Positions 1 through 15,165 are shown, counted from the first letter of the stretch. The stretch is DNA of 64,000 bases from the human T2T-CHM13v2.0 reference genome, Homo sapiens (GCF_009914755.1 NC_060925.1), one strand, 5' to 3'. Notes: generated by a model from the sequence alone, not told the origin. Program-made: numbers and translations.

Positions 1-461
1 TTGCTGAGCATCGTGGGCCCCAGAGAGGTCAAGTAATTATCCTAACACAGGCATATCTCCTTTTATTGCTCTTTATTGCACTTCGCAGACACTGCGTTTT
101 TTACACATTGAAGGTTTGTGGCAATCCTGCGTCCAGCAAGTCTATTGGAGCCATTTTTTTTTTCAAACAGCATATCCTCACTTTCTTTCTTTGTGTAACA
201 TTTTGTTAATTTTCATAATATTTTAAACTTTTTAAAAATTATTCTTATACCACTTATGGTGATCTGTGATTTTTGATGTTACTATTGTAATTGTTCGTGT
301 ACCACGAACCACACTCGTATAAGATGGCAAACTTAATTGACGAATGTTGTACATGTTCTGACTGCTCCACCAATCTGTTCCCCATCTCTCTCACTTTTCT
401 CAGGCCTCCCTATTCCCTGAGACACAACAATAGTAAAATGAGGACAGGTAATAATCCTACA

Positions 462-1800
462 ATGGCCTCTAAGTGTTCAAGCAAAAAGAAGAGTCACACA
501 TCTCTCATTTTAAATCTGAAGCTAGAAATGATTAAGTTTAGTGAGGAAGGCATGTCAAAAGTACAGACAGGCTGAAAACTAGACCCCTTGAGTTAAATGG
601 TTAGCAAAGTGATGAATGCAAAGGAAAAGTTCCTGCAGGAAATTAAACATGCTACTCCAGCAAACACATAAATGATAAGAAAGCAAAAGAGCGGTATTGC
701 TGACCTGGAAAAAGTTTTAGTGGTCTGAATAGAAGAGTAAATCTGCTACTAAATTCCTTTTAGCCAAAACCTCATCCAGAGCAAAGCCCTATCTCTCTTC
801 AATTACATAAAGGCTGAGAGAGGCAAAAAAGCTTCAGAAGAAAAGTTTAAAGCTAGCAGTGGTTGATTAATGAAGTTTAGAGAAAAAAGCTATAACATAA
901 ATGTGCAAGGCGAAGCAGCAAATGCTGATGGAGAAGCTACAGCAAGTGATCCAGAAGATCTAGATAAGAGAATTAATGAAAGTGGTGATGCTAAAAGACA
1001 CGTTTTCCAAGTAGATGCAACAGCCTTCTATTTTAGGATACCATCTAGGACTTTCATAACTAAAGAGAAGAAGTCAATGTCTGGCTTCAAAGCTTCAAAG
1101 GACAGGCTGACTCTCTTTTGAGTGGATGCTGCAGCTGGTGACTTTAAGTTGAAGCCAATACTCATTTACCATTCTGAAAATACTAAGGACCTTATGAATT
1201 ATGCTAAATACTCTGTCTTTGCGTTATCAGTGGAACAACAAATCCTGGATTATATCACATCTGTTTATTTCAGAGTTTACTGAATATTTTTAGCCCACTG
1301 TTAAGACCTACTGCTCAGAAAAAAAAAGATTTCTTTCAAAATGTTACTGGTAATTGACAATGTATCTAGTCACCCAAGAGCTCTCATGGATGTGTACAAA
1401 GAGATTAGCGTGGTTTTCATGACTGCTAACACCACATCCATTCTGTAGCCCATGAGTTCAGGAGTAATTTTGACTTTCAAGTCTTATTATTTAAAAAATA
1501 TATTTTGTAAGGCTATAGCTGCCATAGATAGCAATTTCTCTAATGGATCTGGGCAAAGTAAATTGAAAACCTTCTGGATTTGAGACCAGCTAGCCTGGTC
1601 AGCATAGTGAGACCTGGTCTCTACAGAAAAGAAAAATAAAAAAACTTGGCCAAACATAGTGGAAAGGAGTTGCCATTCCAGATGCTATTAAGAACATTTG
1701 GGATTCACAGGAGAAGGTCAAAATATCAACATTAACAGGAGTTTAGAAGAAGTTGACTGCAACCCTCATGGATGACTGAGGAATTCAAGACTTCAGTGGG
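462..1800 (+). pseudogene. Disrupted Tigger1 (pogo-family DDE) transposase ORF
   Basis: ORF pieces 291-575 and 870-1121 resemble Tigger1 transposase, with many stops and frameshifts. End is approximate. Confidence 0.85.
1579..1659 (+). mobile_element. Internal Alu fragment (left-arm end, linker and right-arm start) inside Tigger1
   Basis: tttgagaccagc...gacctggtctctacagaaaa...ttggccaaacatagtgg, flanked by tgga on both sides. Confidence 0.8.
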
Positions 1801-2664
1801 AGAAGTCACCACAGATGTGGTGCAAATAACAAGAGAACTAGGATTAGAAGTAGAGCCTGAAGATGTGACTGAATTGCTGCAATCTCATAATAAAACTTAA
1901 ACAGATGAGTTGTTTCTTATGGATAAGCAAAAACAAAAGTGGTTTCTTGAGATGGAATCTACTCCTGGTGAAGAAGCTGAGAACATTGTTGAAATGACCA
2001 CAAAGGTTTTAGAATATTACATAAAATAACTTGAGGAAGCAGCAGCAGGGTTGGAGAGGACTGACTGCAATTCTGAAAGAAGTTCTACTCTGGGTGAAAT
2101 GCTATCCAACAGCATCACATGCTACAGAGAAATCTTTGTGAAAGGTAGAGTCAATCGATACGGAAAAGTTCATTTTGTCTTATTTTAAAAGTTGCCACAG
2201 TTTGTCACCCTAAACTTCAGTAAACACCATCCTGATTAGACAGCAGCCATTAACATCCAGGCAAGACCACCCTCCACCAGAAAAAATATTACAACTCACT
2301 GAAGGCTGAGATGATTATGAGCATTTTTTAGCAATGAAGTAGTTTTTAAAGTATGTACATTGTTTTTGCCCCCATAAGACATAATGCTACTGCACATTTA
2401 ATAGACTATATTCTAGTATAAACATACCTTTTCTATGCACTGGAAAGCCAACAAATTTGTGTGACTTGCTTCATTGTGCTATTTGTTGTATTGTGGCAGT
2501 TTGGAACTGAATCCACAATATCTGTGAAGTATACCTATATGTAACTAGTGGCAGAATCATTATGGGTACCCTGATCTCTGACTTCCAGTCCAGTGCTCCT
2601 CAAAGCTGCTGTATAGTAATCCCGCTTTTGGTTCATATGTGCATAATGTAATTAGGTGCATAAT

Positions 2665-2770
2665 ATAAGTTCCACATGGTCAGGGATTTTTGTTTCGTTG
2701 ACTAATGTATGCCATGTGCACAGAACAGTGTATGGCACATAATATGTGCACAATAAATACTTAAGAGTTT
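2665..2770 (+). mobile_element. L2 3' end fragment
   Basis: agaacagtgtatggcacataatatgtgcacaataaatac resembles the L2 terminus. Confidence 0.6.
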
Positions 2771-2849
2771 ATAAATCAGATTTATTTCACATACTCATGA
2801 CTAAACTAATCACTGGCAAAGAAAACAGAATTGCCTTGATTGATCTAGA

Positions 2850-3033
2850 CAAGTTATTCCCAAAGTGTGGTTCCCAGATTAGCAGCATCAACATTACTTG
2901 GGAACTGGTTAGAAGTGTCCATTCTTTAGCCCCACCAGACACCTACTGAATTATAACCTCTGGGTTTGGGGCTCAACTATCTGTGTTTTAACAGGTTATC
3001 TGGATGATTCTAATGCAGGCTGAAAGCACTGGT
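2850..3033. mobile_element. MER5A (hAT-Charlie)
   Basis: caaagtgtggttccc...agcagcatcaacattacttgggaactggttaga...ctgtgttttaacagg...gatgattctaatgca. Confidence 0.85.
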
Positions 3034-4486
3034 TTCAGATTGACCCCTAACAGCAATGTGAACAAAACCAGAGGCAACTGGGGAGGCACCAACAATGAGT
3101 GCCACTGGTATTTCCATATTTTAACATTTGTAGCTAAGAATGATACTCTATTAGAAGGCAGAGAGTCATGCTCCATGAAAAAAAAGAGTTGAGGAACATC
3201 TTTCAGGGTTGGGGCTGTGAGGAGAGACCTTGGCTGCTCCCACTGCAGTAGTTGCTGCAGGAGAATAGCTGGTGCTGAAACCTACCAACCCTTCTCTCTG
3301 CCCACTTCAAAGTTTATTGCACGCTATAGCGTGCCCAGCCTCTGCTTTGACTCCAACAGGAGAGAAGGTCCATTGCACCCCTGAATTAATCATTTCATAT
3401 TGCTGAGCCCATTTTCTCATTTGTAAAATGAGAAGTTTGGATTAAATGACTTTGAGTTTCTTCAAGTGTTTATATTTTGCATCTGTATCACTTCAGGGCA
3501 ATACGGAGAGGAGGCTGCATGTAAGCACTCCTGTTTGAACTTGACTCTACATTTTAATCAGAGATGGAGACACAGCCCAGCCTTTCTTTTGGAATACAAA
3601 TGTGGTATTATTAGTTTCTTTAAATCTATTCTATCAATACAACAATTATGTCTGAGAGTCCATCATTGTCAGTCATTTTGCTATCTGAAGATGCTAGATA
3701 AAAGAGTCTGCTTTCCTGAAGGAACACCTAGTCTAAAAGGAAATTATATAAGTAAACTGAAGTGTGAGAAGAGGGTAAAATTATTAGCAAAAAGGACGAA
3801 ACAAACATAAATGGAAGTTACACTACAGGGAAGGCATGTCACTTGGGTGTTGTTTATTAAGGAATGTCAATAATCATATTGATATTTGAACAACATTGGG
3901 GATATTTAGCTTGATATTTTAACAACATTAGGGATAATTCAGTGAAGGCAGAAAGTTGTTAAACTTTCTTCTAAAATCAGAATGACTTCAAATAGTGTTG
4001 CAATTAATTTTCACTCTTTCTGATGCTCCAATTCATTGACTTAAAAGATTTCCCCTGTTTCTCTTATTCTACTAATAGGAACAAAATAATACTGATAAAT
4101 GGACTTTAGGTGAACGAGTAACTGCAAATCACTATGATGGTTGTGCCCATTATGGAAAAACCAAAGGGCAGGAGGCTCAGAACAAGACAATGTCAGTGGT
4201 GTTTCCTTGGTCTCCAGGCACAATATTAGAAGAGTAATGGGTTTGGGGAGATGCACAGACGGTTGTCAGGCTGTTTCCTGTGCGATGGTGAATTGCCCCA
4301 TTAATCACATGTTTAAGCATATTTTCATCAAACATGTCTTTCTATTGCTTTTATTTATTCAGCAATACTGAGAAGCCATAGTCACTTATAAAAAGGAGTA
4401 TTCGGTATAATTCTAATTCTCTGTTTACTAGCCACTGAAGAATCCTCATTATTTTAGAAATTTTCAATTTATCAAAAACTTAAATT

Positions 4487-4745
4487 AGCTTGGGCAACAC
4501 AGCAAAAACCCATCTCCACACAAAATTTTTTTTTATTAGCCATGCATGGTGGTGCACCTCTGGAGTCCCAGCTACTTTAGAGGCTGAGGCAGGAGGATTG
4601 CTTGAGCCTAAAAGTTTGAGGCTGCAGTAAACTGTGGTCATGTCACTGCACTCCAGCCTGGGTAACAGAATGAGATCCTGCCTCAAAAAAGGAAAAAAAA
4701 AAAAACTAAACTAAACTAAATTAAAAAAAAAAAAAAACCAACCAA
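4487..4745 (+). mobile_element. 5'-truncated AluJ
   Basis: gaggattgcttgagcc...gaggctgcagt (J-type) followed by an A-rich tail. Confidence 0.9.
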
Positions 4746-6474
4746 ACTAACAGAAAACAAAATTTAATGGAAATTTTCCATTTAACTGTATTATGAATGT
4801 ACATCTAAGTAAAATACCTAGTTTATTTGATTTCAGATGAAAGGATATCAATTGATTGTGGTAATGTTCAAGTGATAAGAAATATGACTGGTTATTTGTA
4901 AAATCAAGGGAATTAATGGGATATCTTTGATGAGCCAAACACTTGCTATAATCAGATACAATTTTAAGGGTTCTTTCAGGAAAATAACTGTGAACCATTG
5001 CCAAAAGGATGTTTATTGGGACAGCTTGAGTATTGCTTCAAGGGACAGTGATTGGGAAAAACAAGGGACACCAAAGGCAAATGGTTAGAAATAAAACCCT
5101 CCACTTCCTTAGAATAAAATTCCCGTTCCTCATTTTTTTTGTGAAAGTTTGCCACATGATTCCAACTCCAATTTCCGAGAGGCTAGGCTACTGGGCTGCT
5201 ATGGGGAGTAGGTCCCAAGTTTAGGACTTATGGGGTGACTAGAGTTGGCAGGAATGTCTGTGGCACATGAAGCTGACTTTACATCTTCCCATTTAGACCA
5301 GCTGTTTGATCCTACGCGGAAGGCTTTCCTTATTCTTTTCCATTTAAAAATTTCTGTACCTTCTGAATGGACGCTAGTGAATTATACCAGCATCTAGGGA
5401 GACTTTGTAGGAAAAAGTCCTGTGCCAGCCCTCTAAGGCAGAGGGAACTGTGTTCAAGTGAAATTTTGATGTGCGCATACATAGACGCACACACACTCAC
5501 ACGCCTTCCTGGTGAACACTTCTTGCAAATGCTCCTGCACTTGTTGGTCCTTATTGGCCCGTTGAACAATGTTTATTAAATACTCTATCAGGTTCACAAA
5601 AGGTATTGATGACATCACTAAGGGACTGAAAGTCAGTTCAAACCACTTACTCATTCTTACAACAGAATCAGGCTACAGTAACCATAAAGCCATTTATTAA
5701 CACAGCAAAATTAAGAATACATTTTTAATTCCGATGGTAATGATATTTTGTCTAGAGGACATTGATTCTGTTTCACCATGCTGCTTCTGTAAACGGAAGG
5801 AAAACAAAATTATGATTCAAGTTACTAATATAATGAAAAATCATTTGTATTCCTTTTTATTACTTGGACTGACACCTGGTGAATAAGATAACCACATACT
5901 ATTTAGAGGAGCTCTGCACAGAGAGGGAAGACAAAATCCTCATTAACCATCTGTCAAGGGTTTAAAATTATAATGTCACGGGGGCAAAATTTAATTTTAC
6001 TAATAATGCAGGACCTACTTTAGCTAAGATAAATAACAAATTTTGTAACATGGAAAAGAGCTGTGTATTTCTTACTTAAAGGGCTTTTGGAAGGGTTATA
6101 GTTACAGGTAGTTCAAGAATGTTGACAAGGGAGGTTGGCATAGCTGAACATTTGAGACCTGTCAAAGTTAACAGATTCAGAGCATGACATGCTGGGACTG
6201 AAAGGAGGTGAAATGTCTTTAATGGATGTGTTGTCTTTTTTTCTCTCTATCAGTTGACTGAGCTTTGCACAGGGTATAAATAAGTATGCTGTGTGCAGCC
6301 TGTCACAGTCTGATGCCTCACATTGAATGTGATCTGGGTATTACATTTGAAACTTTCCTAATAACTCCTTTTATTCTTTATCTTAAGTGTGCTGGATATT
6401 GATATAAGGCCTTAGAGACCCAACCTGAGCTTTAAAGTTCAAGTTCTCTCCTCCAGGAAGAACTTTTGGGAGGT

Positions 6475-6900
6475 TAATCAATTAGGGTTCTTATAAGAGG
6501 CACAGGAAACATGGAGATCACATTCTGAAGAAAATTTAATGAAGGATAGTTTACAGAGGCATGTGCAGGACTTAGGAAATCAATAGGAGGTGCTGAGGTA
6601 TCCAGAGACTACTAAGTGTGGAAACTAAGAAGCCATGTTCACTCCTAAGACCCCATGAGGTGGAAGCTGGAACCATGGAGAAGTGGCTGCCCTACTAGGA
6701 ATATGAGTCATAGAAATACAGGCTTTTCCAGACCATGATGCCAGAATAGGGAAAGAGCTGAGGAAAAAAACCCATACTCTGTGTTTGCCACTTTCTAGTC
6801 CCTTGCTGACTTAGAAGCAAGAAGGGAAGGTAGCCTGGGTGACGAAATCCAAAGAGGCGTCCCAAGAACATGGTGGGAAGAAAACTGTAGAGAATACGAA
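6475..6900. mobile_element. Old ERVL-type LTR (LTR33/LTR16-like)
   Basis: aatttaatgaaggatagtttacagagg...ggtgctgaggtatccagagactact resembles recalled ERVL LTRs. Subfamily is uncertain. Confidence 0.45.
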
Positions 6901-6929
6901 GAGGTGATGTGCCAAAGAAGGATGAAAAG

Positions 6930-7607
<678 letters not shown>

Positions 7608-7691
7608 ATAAGCACAGTGGATATGATTAAATGAAAGATAAAATGTATAAACAATTCAGCCTCCTTGCAGATGTTGTTCTGAAGAAATAAG

Positions 7692-9745
7692 TGATATGGT
7701 TTGAATGTTTGTCCCCTCAAAATTTCATGTTGAAATGTAATTCCCAATGTTGGAGTGGGGCCTGGTGGGAGGTGTTTGGACCATGATGGTGGATCTCTCA
7801 TGAAAGGCTTGTTGTCCTTCCAGCCCTAATGAGTTTATGCAACATCTGGCTGCTTACAAAGGAGCCTGGAACTTCCCACTCTCTTGCTCCCTCTCTCTCT
7901 TGTTCCTGCTCTCTCCGTGTGATGTGCCTACTCCCCCTTCACCTTCTGCCATTATAATAAGCTTCCTGAGTCCCTCACCAGGAGCAGATGCAGAACCATG
8001 AACCAATTAACCCTCTTTTCTTTATAAATTATCCAGTCTCAGGCATTTCTTGATAGCAACACAAAAATGTACTAACACAAAAAATTGGTATCGAAGCACA
8101 GAACACTGCTACAAAGAAACCCGAAATGTAGAAGTGGCTTTGGAACTGAGTAAGAGGCAGAGGTTGGAAAAGTTTGGCGGGCTCAGAAGACTGGAGCATA
8201 AGGGAAAGTTTAGAACTTCATAGAGACTTGTTAAATGGTTATGACCAAATGCTAATAGAAATATGGACAGTGAAAGCTAGGCTGATGAGATTTCCTATGG
8301 AAATTAGAAAGTTATTGGGAAGTAGAGCAAAGGTCTCGGCTGCGTTATGTCCATGCCCTAGGGATCTGAGAAAGTTTGGACTTAAGAGTAATAACTTACG
8401 GTATCTGTTGGAAGAAATTTCTAAGCAGCAAAGTGTTCAAGATGTGGTGTGGCTGCTTCTAACAACCTATGATCAGATATGGAGCAAAGAAATAAAGCTG
8501 GAATTTAAGTTATTTAGTATCATGTTTAAATTTGGCTCAGGCCACTGCAAGCCATAAGCCTTGGCCGCTCCCAAGAGATGTTAAGTCTGTGGTTGCATGA
8601 AATACAAATGTGAAGGGGGCTTAGCAGCCTCCACTTAGATTTCACAGGATATATGGGAAAGCCTACATGATCAGACAGAAGCCTGCTGCAGCAGCAGAGC
8701 CCTCACAGAGACCCTCTACTAGGGCAGTGCCAAGGGGAAATGTGGGGTTGGAGCTCCCACACAGAGTCCTCACTGGAGCACTGCCTACTGGAACTGTAGG
8801 AAGAAGGCCACCATTCCCCAGACCCCAGAATGGTAGATCCGTCAGCAGATTGCACCATGCATCTGAAAAAGGTGCAGGCACTCAACTCCAAGCCATGAGA
8901 GCAGCCACAGGGCCTGCACCCTGCAAAGCCACAGGGGAAAAGCTACCCAAGGCCTTGGGAGCCCACTCCTTGCACTGGTGTACCCTGGATGTGGGACATG
9001 GAGTCCAGGATTACTTTGGAGCTTTAACGTTTAATATCTGCCTTGCTGAATGTTGGACTTGTGTGGGGCCATTCTCCCTCTTGAAATGGGGATGTCTACC
9101 CAATGCCTGGACCACTATTGTATCTTAGAAATAAATAACTTGTTTTGATTTCATAGGCTGATAGGTGGATTTGAGTGATGCTGGAATGAGTTAAGACTTT
9201 TGAGGACTATTGGGAAGAGATTTTTGTATTTATGCAATGTATTTTTACAAATGTTTGCAACATTTTTGCAATGTTCTTCTCATGAGAAGAACATGAGATT
9301 TGGTGGGGGTTGAGGGATGGAATAATACAATTTGGGAGCTGTTTTTTCCCTCCAAATCTCATGTTGAAATGTGATTCCCAATGTTGGAGGTGGAGCTTGG
9401 GTGGGAGATGTTTGGATTTTGAGGGTGGATCCCTCACAAATGGCTTGGTACCCTCCCTGTCCTAATGAGTTCATGCAAGATCTGGCTGTTTAAAAAGACT
9501 AGCACCTTCCCTGCTCTCTCTCTTGATTCCTCTCTCTCTTGCTCCTACTCTCACCATATGATATGCCTGCTCCTTCTGTGCCTTCCACCATGACCAGACG
9601 CTTCCCGAGGCCTTCACCAGGAGCAGATGCCAGTGCCATGCTTCCTATACCACCTGCAGAACCATGAGCCAATTAAACCTCTTTTCTTTATAAATGACAC
9701 AATCTCTGGTATTCGTTTATAGGAACACAAAAACAGACTAAGACA
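7692..9745 (+). mobile_element. MST (MaLR) element: 5' LTR ~7692-8078, internal region, 3' LTR ~9322-9745
   Basis: Two homologous LTRs (catgttgaaatgt.attcccaatgttggag...acta(a)caca/agaca), MaLR internal sequence between them, and a 5-bp TSD ataag/atgag. Confidence 0.9.
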
Positions 9746-11284
9746 ATGAGCTTGCTAGATCAGGGCATATTGCATGTCAGTTGAGGCCCTTCTCTTTGGC
9801 TTCATGTGAAGAGATTATTTTCACTTTGCAGTTTATAAAGTCAAAAGGATCTGTTGAGAAGAACTAGAACCACATGGTTAAAAGAACTACATATACTGGT
9901 TGTAACAGTTCATCTACTTTTCTGTCTACTCATTTCTGTCAACCACAAATACAAAAGGTTTAATCTAGAGAGTTGACGAAAATGCCAAATCATTGTGGGG
10001 CATAGAAGTGCTTTTGAGGAATCTCAGTTAATTGCTGAAGTTAGTTTGGAAAGGAAAAGGGAAACAATGTGAAGACCCTTGAATATACATGAAGGCCCAG
10101 GGCTCATGCTTAGTGATTTGAGTACCAGGCTGATTGGAAAATTAACTCAGACCTCTTCAGTTGATGGGGGCTAAAGTGGTTCCTGGCCTGGTCAGGATTG
10201 GTTTAGCACCAGGGGAAGATTAGGCCTGGGGCTGAAAGTCACCAGTTGCCAGAGCTGCAAATTTTTTAATGTACTAGCATCAACAGTAAGAATATCTCTT
10301 TTTATAAAGCATAATTACTGTCTAAAATGGAAAGGGGGGCTTTATAGTAAATTAGTCCTGTGACAGTCTCAATTCAAAACATTCAAACATCTTAAGCATA
10401 TTTAAGTAAATTTTCTTATACTGACCTCTGAAGATAAAAGATAACAATTTCATTAATATTCCTAAAAGTGAATGCCATATGATTTTTGACCTAGGCTACA
10501 TGTCTAGTATTTAAATAATTTGTTCTTGGAGAGTCTAGATGCCAGTGTTTCGATTTTAATATTATATTTTATATTAGAATACCTGTTAAGTCAGCAAGTG
10601 CAGCCTTAAAAAAGATACTATCATTTAATTGAAATATTCTGGTTCCTAGCAAAGTATGACAAATCCAACTCAAATTAATTATACCAACAATGAGACATTG
10701 CTGAATGTGAGTTCTGTCTCCTTGTGCTCTAAATTAGATCAGTAGAACAAAACAACTCTTTTGTTTTGTAAACAAAAGGATGCAAATTGGCCTAATTGAA
10801 AAAAAAACAAACAGAATGTACAACAAGGTACATATCTCCTTTTATTGAAATTAATTAACAGATGTGTAATAAAAGTTAAATAAAATTTTATTTCTTACAA
10901 TAACATCTCTTTCTTAAGACACACATCCAAATATCAGATTTTTTTGTGAAATGCTTATTTGTTTAGAATTGCTACATATGTTTGTGCTGTTTTATGTTTT
11001 TATTAATTCAGACATCACAGAGTTTGCTAAGTCTGTATTTCTTCTCGTTACTTTACCTATTCTAGGAAATTATCATGTATTCATAAATTCTAAGAATGTT
11101 AACATTTTAAAAGACACATTTTGCTACCCATTCTCTTTGAGAGCAAAAGGTTAAATCAAATGACACATTTTCCTGATTCTAAAAATATTGTAAATCAGTA
11201 GAACAAAGCAATTGCTTTGAGTTTAAAATGTGTATCAATTAGAAAAATATTTTTGTTTTCATTTGTAAAATATTGCAGCCAACT

Positions 11285-11880
11285 GCCAACAGTTTGGCAG
11301 TTTCTCAAAAAGTTAAACATAGAACCACCCTACCATAGGACTCAGTAATTTCACTCCTAGGTATATATCCAAAAAGAATTGAAAGCAAGGAATTGAACAG
11401 ATATCTCTATACTAATGATCATAGCAGCATTATTACCAACAGTCAAAAGGTAAAAATAACCCAAGTGCCCATCAACAAATGAATGGACAAATAAAATGTG
11501 ATATATGCAATGAACACCAGTCATTCAAAGAACGAAATTGTGATAAATCTACAACATGAATGGGCCTCGAAAACATTATGCTTAGTGAAATAAGCTAGAC
11601 ATGGAAGAACACATATTGTATGATTCCACTTGCAGGAGATGCCTATAATAAACAAATTCATAGAGACAGAGAACCGAATGGAGGTTACATGAGGCTACGG
11701 GGAAGGGAGGAGTGGGAATTATTGTTTATTGGGCATAGATTTTATGTTGGGAATAATGAAAAAGTCTTGAGTATAGATGCACAGCATTATGAATATAATT
11801 AATGCCATCGAATTGTACACTTCCAAATAGTGAAAAGGTAAATAATATATTACATATATTTTATCTCGGTAAAAATAAAA
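11285..11880 (+). mobile_element. L1M (L1MB-like) 3' end
   Basis: cagtttggcagtttctcaaaaagttaaacatagaa...cactcctaggtatatatccaaaa...aacattatgcttagtgaaataagc. Confidence 0.9.
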
Positions 11881-12513
11881 GGAAACACAAATCCCATTCC
11901 ATTTATTTTAACAAATATTTGTTAATTAGTACTATGCATGACACTTAACAAAATAGCCTCCATTCTGTTTTCCCACTAGATGCTTATATTCTAATATGAT
12001 GGATGACAACAAGAGCTATGAGGAAGTTAAGGAAGAAGAATTGTGTTGATATGGGTAGGGAGTTGCATAAAGGAGAAAGAGGTTGGTGGATTGTTAAATT
12101 GCCAGCGATGGATATTGAAAATACCAATGACAGGATAGACACATAAGGAGAAGGAAGGGCACGAGGAGAAATACTGATGCAGGAGACAGCACAATTGTGC
12201 AGAAGCACAGGGCTGCTTAGCAAAAGTGGAGTGAGAGATCAGGCTACAGGCAGAGAGGCATTTTGAGAAACTGAGATTACGGGGTTCCACTGTTGATAAT
12301 CTAGTGTCTTTTTGACCTTGAACCATTTTTACTTGTTACCTTTCACTCAGGTCTTTGGGTGGTCAGGCGCTCTATTCTCAGTATTAAGAGAAAAAATGAA
12401 ATATAAATTTACTAGTTCAGTGTCATGAATGTTCAGATGCTTTTATGATATTGTGTAATTTGCTTCTTCTGAGCCAGCATAGAAGTCACCTAGGTTCCTT
12501 ACAAATCAGTGAC

Positions 12514-12980
12514 TGTGGCAGGCAGAAAAACAGCCCCTCACCCCAAAGATGTTCATGTTCTAATCCCCAGAAAATGAATATGGACATAGGTATAAGGGTG
12601 AATTAAGTTTGCAGATAGAGTTGAGGTTGCTAATCAACTGACCTTAAAATAAGATTATACTGGATTTTCTGGATGGCTCAATGTGATTACAAAGGTGCTT
12701 TCAAATGCCAGAGAGATGGCACCATAGGACTTTACTGGCCATTGCCGCCTTAGAAGATGAAAGCAGGCCCTCACCCAAGGTTTGCAGGCAGCTTCCAGAA
12801 GCAAGGAAGTGAATTTTCTGCCAGGGCCTCTAGCAGGAATAAAGCCCTGCAATAAGCTTGAGTTCAGCCCAGTGAGGCTTGTTTAACTTACCTCTAAAAC
12901 TGTAAGATAATACATTTGTGTTGTTTTAAGGCACCAAGTTTGTGGTAGCTTGTTAACAGCAGCAATAGTAAACGAATCTA
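12514..12980 (+). mobile_element. MLT1D/E-like MaLR LTR
   Basis: tgtggcaggcag...ccaaagatgttcatgttctaatccccagaa...gttttaaggcaccaagtttgtgg. Confidence 0.85.
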
Positions 12981-13073
12981 GTGACAGATCAAATACAGGA
13001 ACAGAGACCTTGATGATCTTTCTCTTCTTTACTCTTGAAGGTTTTTCTCTCTGTGGTGACATACAACTGCACT

Positions 13074-13290
13074 AAGGGTTTCTCAGCATTGGCACTGTTC
13101 ACATTTTTGGCTGGGTAATTCTTTGTTGTGGGGGCCATCCTGTGCATTGCAGCATGATTAGCAGCACCCCTGGCCACAACCTGTTAGGTGCCAGGAGCTT
13201 TCTTCCTCTAGTGTGACATTAAACATGTCCTCAGATCCTGTCAGGTGTTCCCTGATGAGCAAATTTACCCCCAGTTGAGAACTGTTTACC
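13074..13290. mobile_element. MER20 (hAT-Charlie)
   Basis: gtttctcagcattggcactgttcacatttttggctgggtaattctttgttgtgggg...cccagttgagaac. Confidence 0.9.
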
Positions 13291-13561
13291 TGGACTTATC
13301 CTTAGGGATATGAGTTTATCACCAGCATCTTTGAGTTTTTGACTTTCAATTCAAAAATGCTGCCTGAACTTTTAGACTATGGAGAGATTAAGACTACAGA
13401 TGGTTCCCTAAAAGTAAGTATCCTCAAAACAATCCTAAAACGAATTAGGCAGGTCTTGCAAGGAAAAGAGGATGGGTGGAGAACAATGAGCTCTGTGTGT
13501 ATGTAGACCACATGCCATCTTCATGTTCTACAGAAGTCCACACAAGAAAGAGAAGTGATGA

Positions 13562-13981
<420 letters not shown>

Positions 13982-14524
13982 AAGACTGCATAGAACATTG
14001 ACTTTCCTTTGGTTACTTGAACCATATCTGTACTGCTTTGATTTTTTGACTATGGTTAGGTTGTGTAAGCCAGGACATTCTTAACCTGTATAAACATATA
14101 TTATTATGGTAACTGTATTCTCAGAATGAAGAATCAGTCCATTTACCGTGCTTTGAGATTCTCCACTTTGGGAATTGTCCATGGCTTCCACTGTACTATC
14201 TATTTGGATTCTGACTGCTGGCAGGAGGAGAACCAAGCCAGTGCCAAAGTCTTGCCAGAGTGGCAGAGTATATGGGAGTGTGTGCATGTTTGTGAGTGTT
14301 CAGGTGACAATGTGCTCAGTTGAGAGCAGCCTTCTCGTTGCAATTCAATGCCAACTAGAAAAGATTTAGAATATTCTACTGTTTATTTTGTCACCTCCAC
14401 AATTGAAGAAGATGGAGGATGCATTGCTAAAGACCAATAAAATTGCATAGGGGTGTGTGCGTGTGTGTATGTTAGTTGTAGCAAAGGAGAAGTAAAGCAC
14501 ATTTTACCAATTGACTAGTTGCAT

Positions 14525-15165
14525 TATTGAACCTGGTTCATTCTTCCCACGCATAGCAAGCCAATCACTGAGATGACAGAGTTTGCAAAAGAGGTAGGGA
14601 TTATTCATGAGGCAGCCAAGCAAGGAGGCAGGAGAACAGGTTTCAAATCCACCTTCCTAGAGATAGGGCTTAGGGATATTTATGGGTTACAGAAGTGGGG
14701 ATGGTCTAAGACATAGAGAAAGGTGACTGGCAGTGGGAAAAATGAACTAATCAGTTATCTATACGAACATCGTGTTCATGGCATTTCATGGGATGTATTT
14801 TTCAGAAAATGGCAGCATTAGCATGATGACAGGGTGAAGTATTTGTGTCTGTGAGGTCAAAAGGCCACCACTCAGGTATTTCCACAGCCCCAGTTGAAGG
14901 GTCAGTGGTCTCAACCAGTTTGACCTGGATGGGAGCTACCCCTAAGCTCCTAAAGAACAACTTAAATGATTGTTACCATGGTGACTTAAAAAGGTTATCT
15001 ATAAGGTACCCAAGGAAGGTTAAGTTACAGTGTTCAGCAGCATAGCCTTCAGCTACTGCAGCCTTCAGTTTCATGGAAAAAAAAAAAAAATCTGCAAGAC
15101 ACCAAAATCAAGCAGAGCAGGCTAAGTTTGGCAGATCTCATCAGATTAACTCCTCAGTGTCAGTT
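14525..15165 (-). mobile_element. ERV1-class solo LTR (subfamily uncertain)
   Basis: gcaagccaatcactgagatgac...gcagccaagcaaggaggcaggagaacaggtttcaaatcc resembles MER4-group LTR ends. Confidence 0.55.

Larger units (their letters stand above)
48..2537 (+). mobile_element. Near full-length Tigger1 DNA transposon with decayed transposase, inserted into a MIR
   Basis: TIR caggcatatctc at 48 and gaagtataccta+TA at 2526-2539. Transposase remnants MASKCSSKKKSHTSL...KLEMIKFSEEGMSK and VQGEAANAD...SRTFITKEKKSMSGFKASKDRLTL. The flanks (cagagaggtcaagtaattatcc / actagtggcagaa...ctgacttccagtccagtgctc) join into a MIR core. Confidence 0.95.

Noticed and set aside
8174-9128. 127-aa and 153-aa ORFs
   Set aside because: They lie in decayed MaLR internal sequence, not a host gene.
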